From NCBI RefSeq assembly GCF_006345805.1, contig NC_042999.1:51026001-51090000 (forward strand): 64,000 nucleotides of DNA. Reading direction: 5' to 3'. The translations under genes were made by a program, and so were the position numbers. Numbering within the stretch: position 1 is the stretch's first letter; each line of letters opens with the position of its first letter. The notes beneath the pieces are model-generated. The model worked only from the letters and a program-made list of their open reading frames with translations. It had not been told where the DNA came from and did not search any database. Shown here piece by piece: positions 1 through 13,660 of this stretch. This DNA comes from Octopus sinensis (Eukaryota).

Positions 1-181
1 CATGGTGTGAATAATCTCTTTCTTTATTGAATTGTTTAATAGTGGTTTTTCTCTAAATTATATACATATATTATATATTGTGAAATTTGATTTAAAATTG
101 TTAAATTGAATTTTTCCCTGTAAATTTTGGAATTATATTCCCTACTATTATTATTATTATTACTATTATTATTATTATATT

Positions 182-212
<31 letters not shown>

Positions 213-887
213 GTATGTATGTATGTATGTGTATATATCTGTCTGTCTGTACGTAGGTAGGTAGGTAGGAAGGTAGACAGGTATACAGAGTTAATACTGA
301 GGGATTATCAATCCAGACAAAATAATTTATAAGCTCCCTATTAGTTCACTAAGTCAACAATATTGTTTAGATTAGTAAAGAACACTATGTATTCTTATAG
401 CAGGGTCTACAGTTATAGTACATCTCTATTCTATATTGTAAATCCATAGTTGTGTTCCACTTATACTGGTTATTACATAGTAATATACAAGACAAGGCAA
501 AAAATAATGGTCATTACATATTTTTCTTTATTGTAGTAAATTTGACATACAACTGTTTCCAGTAGTTATTATAGGTTTGTTATTGATTAGTTTATTCAAT
601 CGACCCATTGACCAGTTGAAAAAAATTGCATGACCTAGAAAATTAATGCTCCTTTCATCAGTCATTTCTAGTAGTAATAACTAAGCAGAACTCTGAAAGA
701 TTGATACAGACATGTGGAGGGGAGTGAAGAGAGGCAATACAAATAATAAATAAATAAATAAATAAAGATAGATGGATGGATGAAAACAGGAAAAACAGAA
801 CTCAAAATCTGAGTATATGCATATTTTTATTAATATTTACAGTCATTCTGTTGCTTCTGCTAAATACTAATAAAATATATCTATAGA

Positions 888-1325
888 GGTGCAGGAGTGG
901 CTGTGTGGTATGTAGCTTGCTTACCAACCACATGGTTCTGGGTTCAGTCCCACTGTGTGTCACATTGGGCAAGTGTCTTCAACTATAGCCTCAGGCCGAC
1001 CAAAGCCTTGTGAGTGGATTTGGTAGACAGAAACACAAAGAAGCCCGTTGTATATATGTATGTGTGTGTGTGTGTGTGGGTGTGGGTGTGTGTGTGTGTG
1101 GGTGTGTGTGTGTGTTGTGTGTGTGTGTTTGTCCTCCTAGCATTGCTTGACAACTGATGCAGGTGTGTTTATGTCCCCGTAACTTAGCAGTTCGGCAAAA
1201 GAGACCGATAGAATAAGTACTGGGCTTACAAAGAATAAGTCCTGGGGTTGATTTGCTCAACTAAAGGCAGTGCTCCAGCATGGCTGCAGTCAAATGACTG
1301 AAACAAGTAAAAGAGTAAAAAGAGT
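888..1325 (+). mobile_element. tRNA-derived SINE, family A (CORE-like domain, internal microsatellite, AAAAGAGT tail)
   Basis: Head GGTGCAGGAGTGGCTGTGTGGTA with B-box-like GGTTCAGTCC, then TTGGGCAAGTG, an internal (GT)n and a GAAACAAGTAAAAGAG tail. Many near-identical copies occur in the window. Confidence 0.9.
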
Positions 1326-1712
1326 ATTTATATGATGAGCTTCTATCAGTTTTTGTGTACTAAATCTACTCACAAGACTTTACTGACTCAGAGCTGTAGT
1401 AGAAGACACTTGCCTAAGGTGCCATGCCATGTTCAGTCAATGTCAATTTGGTGGCGAGATTGAGCTAATATGTGGTTTGAACATTTGATCACTATAAACA
1501 AGTCATTTGTGCAGGTCAATCAGCAAAAACAGTGGGTCATTCAGCAAAAACACTTATATGTCATCTTTGACAGGAGAGTCCATCATATATATATATATTA
1601 TTAAATGTGAAACTCTAAGTAACAGTTCAGTGATAATTTTGCAGCATATTATTCTACCGTTTATATTCAAGTACTATTTTTTCCACCTAGTTTTGCACTT
1701 ATATGTTCACCG

Positions 1713-1786
<74 letters not shown>

Positions 1787-2009
1787 ATATTATATATATA
1801 TATATACATACAGATATAGGGTGAAATATAATTAATTTAATAAAATCAACAAATTTCACCTAGTAGTATTTCAGTGTGGAAAAGGACCATATTCAGTAAA
1901 AATTTATATAATTATAATAATAAGGGTTTTTTGCAACAAGTTGCTTAACCACATACCGAAAATTTAATTTTAGAAATAGCAGCCAAAAGACTACTATATA
2001 TATATATAT

Positions 2010-2310
2010 TTATGGCTCAGTGGTTAGGGCAGTGAACTCACAGTCGTAGGATCATGGTTTCGATTCCCAGACCGGGCGTTGTGAGTGTTTATTGAGTGAA
2101 AACACCTAAAGCTCCACGAGGCTCCGGTAGTGGGTAGTGGTGATCCCTGCTGTACTCTTTCATCACAACTTTCTCTCACTCTTTCTTATGTTGGCCTGCT
2201 CGCTAAGCCAGCGGGGTGGCATCATTGAAGGCTAAAACAATGTGAAGCACATTGTGACCAGCGATGTGTAGCAATATCTGATGGCCTCCTCAGTCACGTG
2301 ATCACATATG
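2010..2310 (+). mobile_element. tRNA-derived SINE, family C
   Basis: A box TGGCTCAGTGG and B box GTTTCGATTCC; homologous to 11597-11900. Confidence 0.75.
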
Positions 2311-2334
2311 ATATATATATATATATATATTGAA

Positions 2335-2763
2335 TCAGAATCGAAATCGAAATTAATCAACATCAATGGATATTGTAGCTGCGATACCAGTGCCGGTGGC
2401 ACGTAAGTGAACCATCCAAACGTGGCCGCTGCCAGTGCCACCCCGACAGGCCTCTGTGCCAATGGCACGTAAAAAGTACCATCCGATCGTGGCCATTGCC
2501 AGCCTCACCTGGCCCCTGTGCCGGTGGCACGTAAAAAGCACCATCCGACCGTGGCCGTTCGCCAGCCTCGTCTGGCACCTGTGTCGGTGGCACATAAAAT
2601 CACCCACTACATTCTCGGAGTGGTTGGCGTTAGGAAGGGCATCCAGCTGTAGAAACACTGCCAGATCTGACTGGCCTGGTGCAGCCTTCGGGCTCCCCAG
2701 ACCCCAGTTGAACCGTCCAACCCATGCTAGCATGGAAAGCGGACGTTAAATGATGATGATGAT
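2335..2763 (+). mobile_element. RTE-type LINE 3' UTR fragment with internal ~50-60 bp tandem repeats and (GAT)n tail
   Basis: Matches the 3' UTR that follows the RT fragment at 43309-44731 (GGAAGGGCATCCAGCTGT...GGACGTTAAA then GAT repeats). Confidence 0.8.
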
Positions 2764-3436
2764 ACATACATACAAACAAACAAACAAACAAACCGTTGCT
2801 GCTACTCATAAGTAATTATGATCTGGTAGCATGTACCACGCTTTCACTAATTAGGTGCCTATGCAATCACAAGCTGATATTGAAACCCTCTCCACCTCCC
2901 GCTCTTGACCCAGTGTAACATTGAGGATGTGACCATTAGAGGATTGTACCAGCATTCAGTTGGCTTTCATTTTCAGCTAAGTAGACTGACACAAAGTGAA
3001 ATGAAATGCCTTACTGACCCAGTCCAGAAATCAAACCCACTACCTTATGGTCATGAACCGAACCACCTAATCACTATGCCACTTGTCTTCATATTTGCAT
3101 GTTTGTGTTGTATAGTATATGTGTGTGTAGTCACGCATGCACATATACATATGTGCATATGTGCTTGTTTGTCGCTGTGTTTACATATACCAGTATAAAT
3201 AGAAACAGGTTGCATTTTGTATGCCAAAAGGTAAAATTTTGCCATTAAATAAACAAGAGACCCATTAAATATGTACAAGACAGCAATACATACTAACTGA
3301 TATGCTTGAATTAAACCTTTGAAGATGATACCCCACCCTGGTTGCAATTCACTGATGGGAACAGGTGAAAGACTAAAAGAACAACATCTAAAAATGGTAT
3401 TTAAAAAAATAAAAGATGGTAAAAAAAATTCTACAT

Positions 3437-3680
3437 AGGCGTAGGAGTAGCTGTGTGGTTAGTAACTTGCTTACCAGCTACATGGTTCCGGGTTCAGTCC
3501 CACTGCGTGGCACCTTGGGCAAGTGTCTTCTATTATAGCCTCGGGCAAAGAGACCGACAGAATAAGTACTAGGCTTACAAAGAATAAGTCCTGGGAACGA
3601 TTTGCTCAACTAAAGGCAGTGCTCCAGCATGGCTCCAGTCAAATGACTGAAACAAGTAAAAGAGTGAAGAGTAAAGAGTA
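3437..3680 (+). mobile_element. SINE family A, internally deleted
   Basis: Head joins tail at TCGGGC|AAAGAGACC; the central microsatellite part is missing. Confidence 0.85.
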
Positions 3681-4339
3681 ATTTCAGTTCATGTTGAATA
3701 GATTTCTTATATTGTGCAAAGAAACAGTAACATGTTTCATCAAATAACAAAGCAAGAACAAGCATGGACACAGGGAAAGAATTCCATGTTTCATAAATAC
3801 CACCAATATAAAAATGCTAATATGACAATACTTGAACAAAGTCTAAAAACAGATGTGTATATTCTTTTAGTACAATTACGAGACAAAAGGACAAAAAAAA
3901 AATCGCCAAATATTCATTCAGAAACAGCTTGGTACAGTTACAGCAGAAACACTAAAGAAACATTAAGAAAGAACAAAAAGTCACTACTGACCTCTGTTTC
4001 TTTCTTTTCCTTCTTTCTTCTCCATGCACATATTTACATTGCATCATTTAACACATGCTCACACATATAATCGCACATTTTCAGTGTTCAGCTTCATTAG
4101 AGCAATGATAGGTTTGAATAGTGATCAACTCACAAGCTATCATGTGAGAAAGCCTCGGAGCATCTCTCTTTCTCTCTATAACAAACATTCAACTCATTTC
4201 ATAACCTATTTAATATTGTTCTCTTTTAAAGACCATACATACATCCCAATAAATTCATTGAAGCTTTATAATGAATACCGTCTTCAACTTAGTGAACTAT
4301 TGTCTGAAGTAATTCATCCACTATAATATTCTGAATCAA

Positions 4340-4362
4340 CATAATATATATATATATATTTA

Positions 4363-4393
<31 letters not shown>

Positions 4394-4467
4394 TTGTATA
4401 TATATATATAATATACATATATATACACACATATATATATATATATATATTATATATTATATATTAT

Positions 4468-4521
<54 letters not shown>

Positions 4522-4522
4522 C

Positions 4523-4581
<59 letters not shown>

Positions 4582-4705
4582 CATATATATATACATATAT
4601 ATGCATATATATATACACACCACACATATATATATATATATACACATATATACATATACATAGATACATGTACACACACAATATACATACGTGTGTGTGT
4701 GTGTA
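4340..4705. repeat. compound (TA)n/(CA)n microsatellite
   Basis: Read directly from the sequence. Confidence 0.95.
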
Positions 4706-5020
4706 TGTTGGATTATATATATGGTAAAATAGACAGGAAGAGCATATTGAATTTGATGTGGGGAGTGCACACCAAGTTCATTGCACTCTTTTTGTCAGTT
4801 TTACTAAATAGTATAAGTCTTGCCAATACAGATCAACATCAGTCTCTTTGGAGTGTGTGTGTGTGTGTGTGTGTGCTTAATGCTTGTATTTGCTGAGAGC
4901 CTTTCTAAACTGTGATATTCATTCTGGGAACAATATACAGTGTTAAAAACAGAAAAATATCAGCAGCAGGTGAAGGTTACCCTGCATTTTGGTTGGAATT
5001 ACTGATCTACTACTACTACT

Positions 5021-5052
<32 letters not shown>

Positions 5053-5064
5053 CTTTTTTTTTTA

Positions 5065-5262
5065 GACATCTACTAGTACAACACCAAAAAAAAACAACCA
5101 AATATATGGCACACTAGGTATAACAACATGAACTTCCAACCTCTTGAGGTCTCTGAGGTCTCTGACTTTCTTGAGGCCTCTTGAGGTCTCTGAGTGAGAC
5201 TTGGAGCCAACTTGTACAAATATAAAGCAAAAGTCAAACATAGAATAATAATAATAATAATA
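5065..5262 (+). mobile_element. probable LINE 3' end with (AAT)n tail, between (AAT)n tracts
   Basis: Segment ending GAGACTTGGAGCCAACTTGTACAAATATAAAGCAAAAGTCAAACATAG then (AAT)n. The family assignment is inference only. Confidence 0.45.
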
Positions 5263-5516
5263 ATGATGATGATGATGATGATGATGATAATGATGATAAT
5301 AATAATAATAATAATAATAATGGCTTCAAATTATGGCCCAAAGCCAGCAGTTTTGGGGAAGTTAGTAGTAGATTACATCAACCCCAATGTTCAACTGATA
5401 CTTATTTTATCGACACTGAAAGGGATGAAAAGCAAAGTTCAACTTCAGTGGAATTTGAACTCAGAATGCAGAGACAGACAAAATGCCACCAAGCATTTTG
5501 CCCAGCACAGTAAATG

Positions 5517-6605
<1,089 letters not shown>

Positions 6606-6983
6606 TAAAAAATCTGGAGCATAACTTTAAACTGCATCTGGTAGTAGAACTCAAGTATGGGAATTTGAGTGTTTTGAGGAGTGTGGAACAAGCTCTTAGC
6701 TACTATTTCTCCTATTATGGTCCCAGCTATATGTTAACTTCCTTATAGGAGAAGGTTAACTCATATAAAAAACGACCTGAAGTGCAATCAATTTCTGGAC
6801 AGCTCAACCTTTGTTGTGCCACTGGTGTTATAACTGATTGTGCTGAGAAGTGGGTTCAATCATGAGCAGCACTTTAATTGTTCAATACAAATTTATGCAC
6901 AGGAACTTCATGCTCAGAATATTTGCATGGGCTTGCTGAGTTTAGGAAGTGGTCTTACTTGGTCACAAGTTGACTTCCACCAT

Positions 6984-7017
<34 letters not shown>

Positions 7018-7091
7018 GTTGTCTAAGAGTCCACAAGTCATGATAAAATACATTCCTATATCTATCAATAGGGTGGGTATATTGACCAAAG

Positions 7092-7123
<32 letters not shown>

Positions 7124-7170
7124 AAATACATATATGCACACAAGTGCCCCCCACACACATACACAAGTAC

Positions 7171-7201
<31 letters not shown>

Positions 7202-7530
7202 AAATACAAAAATGGGACAAAAACACAAAACATCTAGTCAGGTGATACAAAAAAGGGACAACAAAACATCCAGATACAAAGAAAACAAGGACGGGTCATT
7301 CAGAGTTTTCTTTCTTCAGTCAAGTTCCAGATTATCTTTGCTATTTTGGCTGGTTATATATATATGAAATCATTCCGTCTGCTGCTGCATATAAACTATG
7401 TATTATACCATTAATTGATGGTGTGTGGACTGACTTCCTAATTTATAGGCTGCTGGCATGAGGAATCCTAGCTTGTTAGATTGAAGCAAATAATTTAGAC
7501 ATTTGAACTTGTTGAGATCATTTTCATTGG

Positions 7531-8071
7531 TGTTGTAGCAAGATTCGAAACCAAGTCATTGAATTATGAATTTTAAGTCACAACATAGCACTACCTTGTT
7601 CACATGAGAAGCCAAGTCATTAGCCAATCAGCAGCCAAACTTCACATGATAGTTCAATCTAGATCCTTCTGGAACATTTCCCTACAAGGCTTATATAAAT
7701 GCTTGTTTTTTAGCACCAACTTTCAGAGAGCACAGTAACCTACACACCTGCTACACACACTCTCTTGCCATTTATAATAGTTATTTTCATGACTATCTGC
7801 TCAGCTTGGATATGTCAATTTAGTGGACTGAAATGAATCTACTGTGTACATTTTCTCTTGTCTTGACAAATTGCAGTGCAAAGCTTTTGTGATCAAATAT
7901 TTATGAAAGCAACTGAATCATTCCTTCAATGGTGTTGACCTGTCGTGGAATCTTATAATTCATGACCAACCTCAATATTACTTGTGCAGTAAAATAAAAT
8001 TTACTATTGAATATTTGCTTAGTGTTGTTATGTCATTCACACAGCATTGCATGCCTACCTACTAAGCAACA
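7531..8071 (+). mobile_element. candidate solo LTR
   Basis: TGTTG...CAACA termini with CCAAT (~7624), TATATAAA (~7692) and AATAAA (~7993) in order; no clean 4-6 bp TSD. Confidence 0.35.
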
Positions 8072-8573
8072 GTGTTGTGGTTATCATGGACTTATAGATT
8101 ATTTCAGGCATGCAACTTGATCCTCATAGATGATCTTACATAATTGTCATCTTCAAATATGATATACATATATGCACACAAGCGCCCCACACACACATAC
8201 ACAAGTACATATATATATATATACATGTATATATATACATATAAAATACAAAATGGGACAAGAACACAAAACATCCTAACAGTTAGGTGATACAAAAAAG
8301 GGACAACAAAACGTCCAGATAGACGATACAAAGAAAATAAGGACGGGTCATTTGGAGTTCTCTTTCCTCAGTCAAGTTCTAGATTATCTTTGCAATTTCA
8401 GCTGGTTATACTTGAGATTGCTCCAATCTGGCCAGCCCCAAGGAAAAACTAAGCTAAGAGCATTAGATTCCTTGGAAGAAAGTAGCTGGAAACTGTGCTT
8501 GCATGATACTGCAATATATAAGCCAGAATTGCGCAAAGACAATGAATCATATCACCATTTTGAGGAATTGTAA

Positions 8574-8712
8574 TACAAAATCTACTTTATTTACATTATT
8601 TACATTCAACGGATATTTGTCCTCATCAAGATGAGGACAAATATCCGTCGAATGTAAATAATGTACATAATACCTCATCTCTTAAATATAGAACTGTATT
8701 ACAAAATCTACT
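8574..8712. mobile_element. short palindromic insertion of the HHR-SINE 3' tail with 13-bp TSD
   Basis: Near-perfect inverted repeat TACATTATTTACATTCAACGGATATTTGTCCTCATC / GATGAGGACAAATATCCGTCGAATGTAAATAATGTA. TACAAAATCTACT occurs at 8574-8586 and 8700-8712. Confidence 0.8.
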
Positions 8713-9295
8713 ATATGATTTGCATCAACCTGTCTGGCAAAGTCTAGAAATCTAAATAGTTTTCTGGACCACACTTACAAATTCATTTAGCAGAGTTCAT
8801 ATCTTCTTGAATGTAAGCCTATTGTTGTACAAAGCAAAAATTTTGGTATTTTTTTTTCCTTTTATCCAGATGAAAATTCAATAAATTTATACGATATTGA
8901 CGTATCATGCAGTTCCTTCAATGTCAAAGAGAATTCGAATTTATGAAATAATAATTTCATCATCCATTATATCATAATATGTAATATAGATTAATTAGCT
9001 TTCTAACTTGCTAATATCTACAACATAAAAATAATTAGTTTTCTTCTTTGTATCAAAACGTATTCATAAGACAAAATTTCATCTTTCTAATCATATTTTT
9101 GACTGATGTGTGTGTGTGTGTGTTATGCATGTCAATAGAGTGGGTATATTGATCAAAATGTATACTCACACACACACACAGACACACACACACACACACA
9201 CACATACACACATACACACACATATGCATGCGCGCATGCATATATAAATACAAAAATAGGACAAGAATGCAAAACATCCAGACAGTTACAAAAGA

Positions 9296-9296
<1 letters not shown>

Positions 9297-9384
<88 letters not shown>

Positions 9385-9670
9385 ATATGTATGTATATAT
9401 ATATATATATAAGTATATATATATATATTACATGCAGATATATACATATTTTATGTAATATATATGTACATATACATATCATCAATATGTGTGTATATGC
9501 ATGCATACATTCATACACACATAACACAAGTACACATATAAGTATGCATGCATATATATATATATACATACATACATACATACATACATACATACATACA
9601 TACATACATACATACATACATACATACATACATACATGCATGTATCTATCTATCCATCCATCCATCCATC
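9297..9670. repeat. (TA)n, (CATA)n and (CATC)n microsatellites
   Basis: Read directly from the sequence. Confidence 0.95.
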
Positions 9671-10319
9671 GTCACCATTTTGCATCAATTTTCCATGTTA
9701 ACTTGGCTTGGACAGGTCATTGGGAGCTACACCTCTTATAAGCTAATCTGTGTATGTTTGTGTGTGTGTGTGTGTACATCAGTGGTGGTAGGAGGGAGGG
9801 GTAAAGCTTCCAAATAACATAGGTATTGAACAGCCAGCGAGCTGATATATGGTTCAGGAAGAAATTTTTATGAGTATTAGAGCTGTAAAGCTAATTCTAA
9901 GTGCTTGCTTCAGCTAAGGTAGCTAGCTGACTGTAATTAGTTCAGATATTCCCAAAGTTCTACTTTTTATTTTTATCTATTTTTTTTTTCTTCCTCGTGT
10001 TCTCATATAATATAAATACAGAATCTTCTCACATATGTAACACAGTCAGTTGAAGATCTTCAATCATCTGAAATTATCTATGCAATTAGTTGGCAAAAAT
10101 TCTCTCTGAGAATGTTTCAAATCTAAAAACAACAACAGGATAACCACATTAAGATCAGATGACTGAAATTTATTTTTGGACAATAAAGACAATATTTAAT
10201 ATATAATGTTATGGTGTAGCACATTATGTGGCTGGTTGGCCTGTTAGAAATAGCAACCAAATCTCCCTTGAATTACACTTATCTTAGGAAAGGAAAGACA
10301 GATTGAATTATGTATTGTA

Positions 10320-10475
10320 ACAACAACAACAACAACAACAACGAAAAATACCTTAGGGATGAGAACCCAGGTTCGAAATTTCCCCAAAACACCTGATGAA
10401 GGCTGACAAACAAAATGAGGACAAATATCCATCAAATGTAAATAATGTAAATAACGTAAATAATGTACATAATTC

Positions 10476-10480
<5 letters not shown>
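10320..10480 (+). mobile_element. HHR-SINE fragment with the 3' half of the ribozyme deleted
   Basis: Homologous to 62655-62820. CTGATGAAGGCTG (from 10393) runs straight into ACAAACAAAATGAGGAC. Confidence 0.75.
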
Positions 10481-10523
<43 letters not shown>

Positions 10524-10592
10524 ACCTCGTGTGTACCGTTGGCGATTTTTTTTTTGTCTGTCTTCCCTTCTCAGAATCTTTCCTTCTCCTAT

Positions 10593-10627
10593 GTTTCCAA
10601 CAAAGAGCTCCGCTCGAAATGTTAAAC
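10593..10627 (+). ncRNA. degenerate minimal type I hammerhead motif
   Basis: gttt-CCAACAA-A-GAGC-tcc-GCTC-GAAA-TGT-T-aaac. Helices I and II are intact. Reversing CpG decay gives CCGACGA...GAAACGTT. Confidence 0.55.
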
Positions 10628-10720
10628 CCTCCTTCTTTCCTTCTTTCCTGAGCGTCCAATAATACTATATTTGTTCCACGTCCTCGCGTTGTTGTGTTTT
10701 TTGTGCTTTCTTGTTTGGAT

Positions 10721-10763
<43 letters not shown>

Positions 10764-11339
10764 CAAATTCCTCTGTGAAATAAATTATTCAGATTCATCC
10801 AACAGAATTTTATGTCCATATTTTAACCATAATTGTTAACTATAATTGCATCTATGTTTTAAATATTATTGTATTTTGTTTTTGCATTTAATTTGTAAGG
10901 TACTTCATGTGAAATTGTACACTGAAACAGATGTCACTGTATCTTGAGACTGTCATTTTGTCCAAGACCTGAATAGAGTGGTCCTATTTCACTTTTTATT
11001 ATTATCAACTAATTAACAAATTAACTTATTAATTAATCAGTTGTTTGACCAACCATTTGAGAAATCAATCAATGAGTTGGTTTATTTGAGTTCTTTCATC
11101 TCATCAATCAGGGCTTCACCAATAGCCTGCCTTCATTGCACCAGATCTATTACAATGTATTCAAACTGTAGTTCACCATAATAGACTCAGATCAACAAAG
11201 GTATTTCATTGATGAGATCACATATGGTAAAGGAATGTTTGATTGATCAAATTATTTGTGAAATAATCAATTAGTTAATTGGTTAAATTGGGCAGCCATT
11301 TGGCTAGTAATAATAATTGTCCTTTCTACTATAGGCACA

Positions 11340-11900
11340 GTGGAGGCGCGTGGCTTAGTGGTTAAGGTGTCAGCATCATGATCATGAGATTGTGGTTTCG
11401 ATTCCTGAACTGGGCAACACATTGTGTTCTTGAGCAAATCACTTCATTTCACGTCGCTCCAGTCCACTCAGCAGGCAAAAATGAGTAACGCTGAGATGGA
11501 CTGGCATCCTGCCCAGCTGGGAAATACATATGCCATAGAAACCAAGAAGCCAGGCCCATGAGCCTGGCTAGGCTTTAAAAGAGCGCATTTATTTTGTGGA
11601 GGCACAATGGCCCAGTGGTTAGGGCAGCGGACTCGCAGTCGGAGGATCTTGGTTTTGATTCCCAGACTTGGCGTTGTGTGTGTTTATTGAGCGAAAACAC
11701 CTAAAAGCTCCACAAAGCTCCAGCAGGAGGTAGTGGCGACCCCTGTTGTACTCTTTCATCACAACTTTCTCTCACTCTCACTTTCTGTTTCTTGAGTAAC
11801 ACTGTGATGGACTGGCGTCCTGTCCAGCTGTGGGGAACACATATGCCACAGAAACTGGGAAACCGGGCCCATGAGCATGGTTAGGCTTGAAAAGAGTGAT
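11340..11900 (+). mobile_element. two adjacent tRNA-derived SINEs (family C-related)
   Basis: Heads GGAGGCGCGTGGCTTAGTGG and GGAGGCACAATGGCCCAGTGG with B boxes; shared GATGGACTGGC...GCCCATGAGC tail. Confidence 0.75.
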
Positions 11901-12384
11901 GTTTATCATTACTATAGGCACAAGGCCTGAAAGTTTGAAGTAGAGAGCAGGTCAATTACTTCAATCTCAGTGTTTAACTGGTACTTATAACATCGATCTT
12001 GAAAGGATGAAAAGCAAAGTCAACTTAGATTGAATTTGAACTTGGAACATAAAGTCAAATGAAAAGCTGCTAAGCATTTTGTTAAGAATGTTACCATTTC
12101 TGCCAACATGCCACCCTTAATAAGGATAATAGCCATTCCTAGTATAGGCACATGGCCTGAAATTTTGGAGGAGGATGCTAGTTGATTACATTGACCTCAG
12201 CACTCAAATGGTTCTTATTTTATTGATCTTAAAAGGATGAAAGCAAAGCTGATCTGAGCAGAATTTGAACCCAGAACATAAATTCAGATGAAAAGTTGCT
12301 AACCATTTTGTCCAATATGCTAACGGTTCTGCTAACTCACTGCCTTAACTTATGTTAACAATGATGAAAAGAAATTAAATTAAA

Positions 12385-12730
12385 TCTAGTACACGTGTTT
12401 TCATTGCTAAAATGACCCTCCCAAAATGTATCTATTAAATATCATTTTGTCATAATTTTCTCTTTCAATATTTGTCTGAGTGCAAGGTCTTTTGGGTGCT
12501 TGGATAGGATGCGGATGTCAAGTTGACCCAAGTTGCCTCCATGGTGGGCTTTGGTCTGTTGGTAGAGTATGGAGGACTGTTTTTTTGTCATCATATTGTC
12601 TCAAATGGTCATTTAGTCATTCCACAATGCTGCTAGATGTTTCCCCTATGTATATCATGTTCATGTCTTTACAAGCACCTTCTATGCATCTTATACTGTA
12701 TACTACATTTTGAGTTCTGCTATATATCAT
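12385..12730 (-). pseudogene. Penelope-like element GIY-YIG endonuclease relic and 3' flank
   Basis: Reads TQNVVYSIRCIEGACKDMNMIYIGETSSSIVE*LNDH, then after a frameshift SILYQQTKAHHGGN...ILSKHPKDLALRQIL. This fits the PLE GIY-YIG pattern NVVY.I.C..C...YIGET.....R..EH. The TGA falls at the conserved Arg (CGA>TGA). Confidence 0.8.
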
Positions 12731-13091
12731 TTCAATCACGCATGCACTAACCTGTTTAAAATATTTCTGATACATATTCATAGAAGTACAGTGAACCTGT
12801 TTCATATCATATTTTAATTAGAGTTTTTCTTATATTTTATTTTATAGTATACTATTATAGAGTAGTATAATAATATAATTATTACATTTTTATATATTAT
12901 TAAATATTTTTTTTCCAAAAGCTTTAGTTTTCTTTCATTTTCTTACAGCAAGCCAGATAAGAAGTAGGCTACATGAGACGTGAACCATAATCAAATGGGC
13001 TGGACTGCTAAAAATTTTCAAGGTAATTTTTCATTAGGCATGTCATTCAGAAAGTTCCATGGGCCACAGTTTGCCCATTAATACAGATTAC

Positions 13092-13482
13092 TCTTTTACT
13101 CTTTTATTTGTTTCAGTCATTTGACTGCGGCCATGCTGAAGCACCAGCTTTAGTCATGCAAATTGACCCCAGGACTTATTCTTTGTAAGCCTAGTACTTA
13201 TTCTATCGGTCTCTTTTACCGGACCACTAAGTTACGGGGACGTAAACACACCAGCATCACTTGTCAAGCGATGTTGGGGGAACAAACACAGACACACAAA
13301 CATATACGCACTCACATATATATATATATACGATGGGCTTCTTTTAGTTTCCATCTACAAAATCCACTCACAAAGCTTTAGTCAACCCGAGGCTATAGTA
13401 GAAGACACTTGCCCAAGGTGTCACACAGTGGGACTGAACCCAGAACCATATGGTTGGTAAGCAAGCTACTTAGCACACAGTC
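13092..13482 (-). mobile_element. SINE family A
   Basis: Reverse-complement match to 888-1325. Confidence 0.9.
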
Positions 13483-13660
13483 AGAACTTTCACTGCTAGT
13501 TGTTGTTGTTAGTTAGGCTCATGTCAGACATGATCTAGAAAGCCTATGATCAAAATCATTCCAACAATGACCATTCCATCTTTTGTTCAGGTTTGTTATA
13601 TTGCAGCTAGAACTACATGTCTAGTAAGTTAAGGAACCACATAGAGATTTATCGACTCAC

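Noticed and set aside
4754-4797. Hairpin with a miR-92/25-like seed (CATTGCACT)
   Set aside because: The stem is only ~16 bp with many G-U pairs and the seed starts in the loop; too short for a canonical pre-miRNA.
7065-8482. Repeat family (7065-7360, 8165-8482, 9130-9295) with CTGAGGA and GAAATTGCAA on the minus strand
   Set aside because: The core boxes cannot be assembled into a hammerhead with correct order and helices; kept only as an unclassified repeat.
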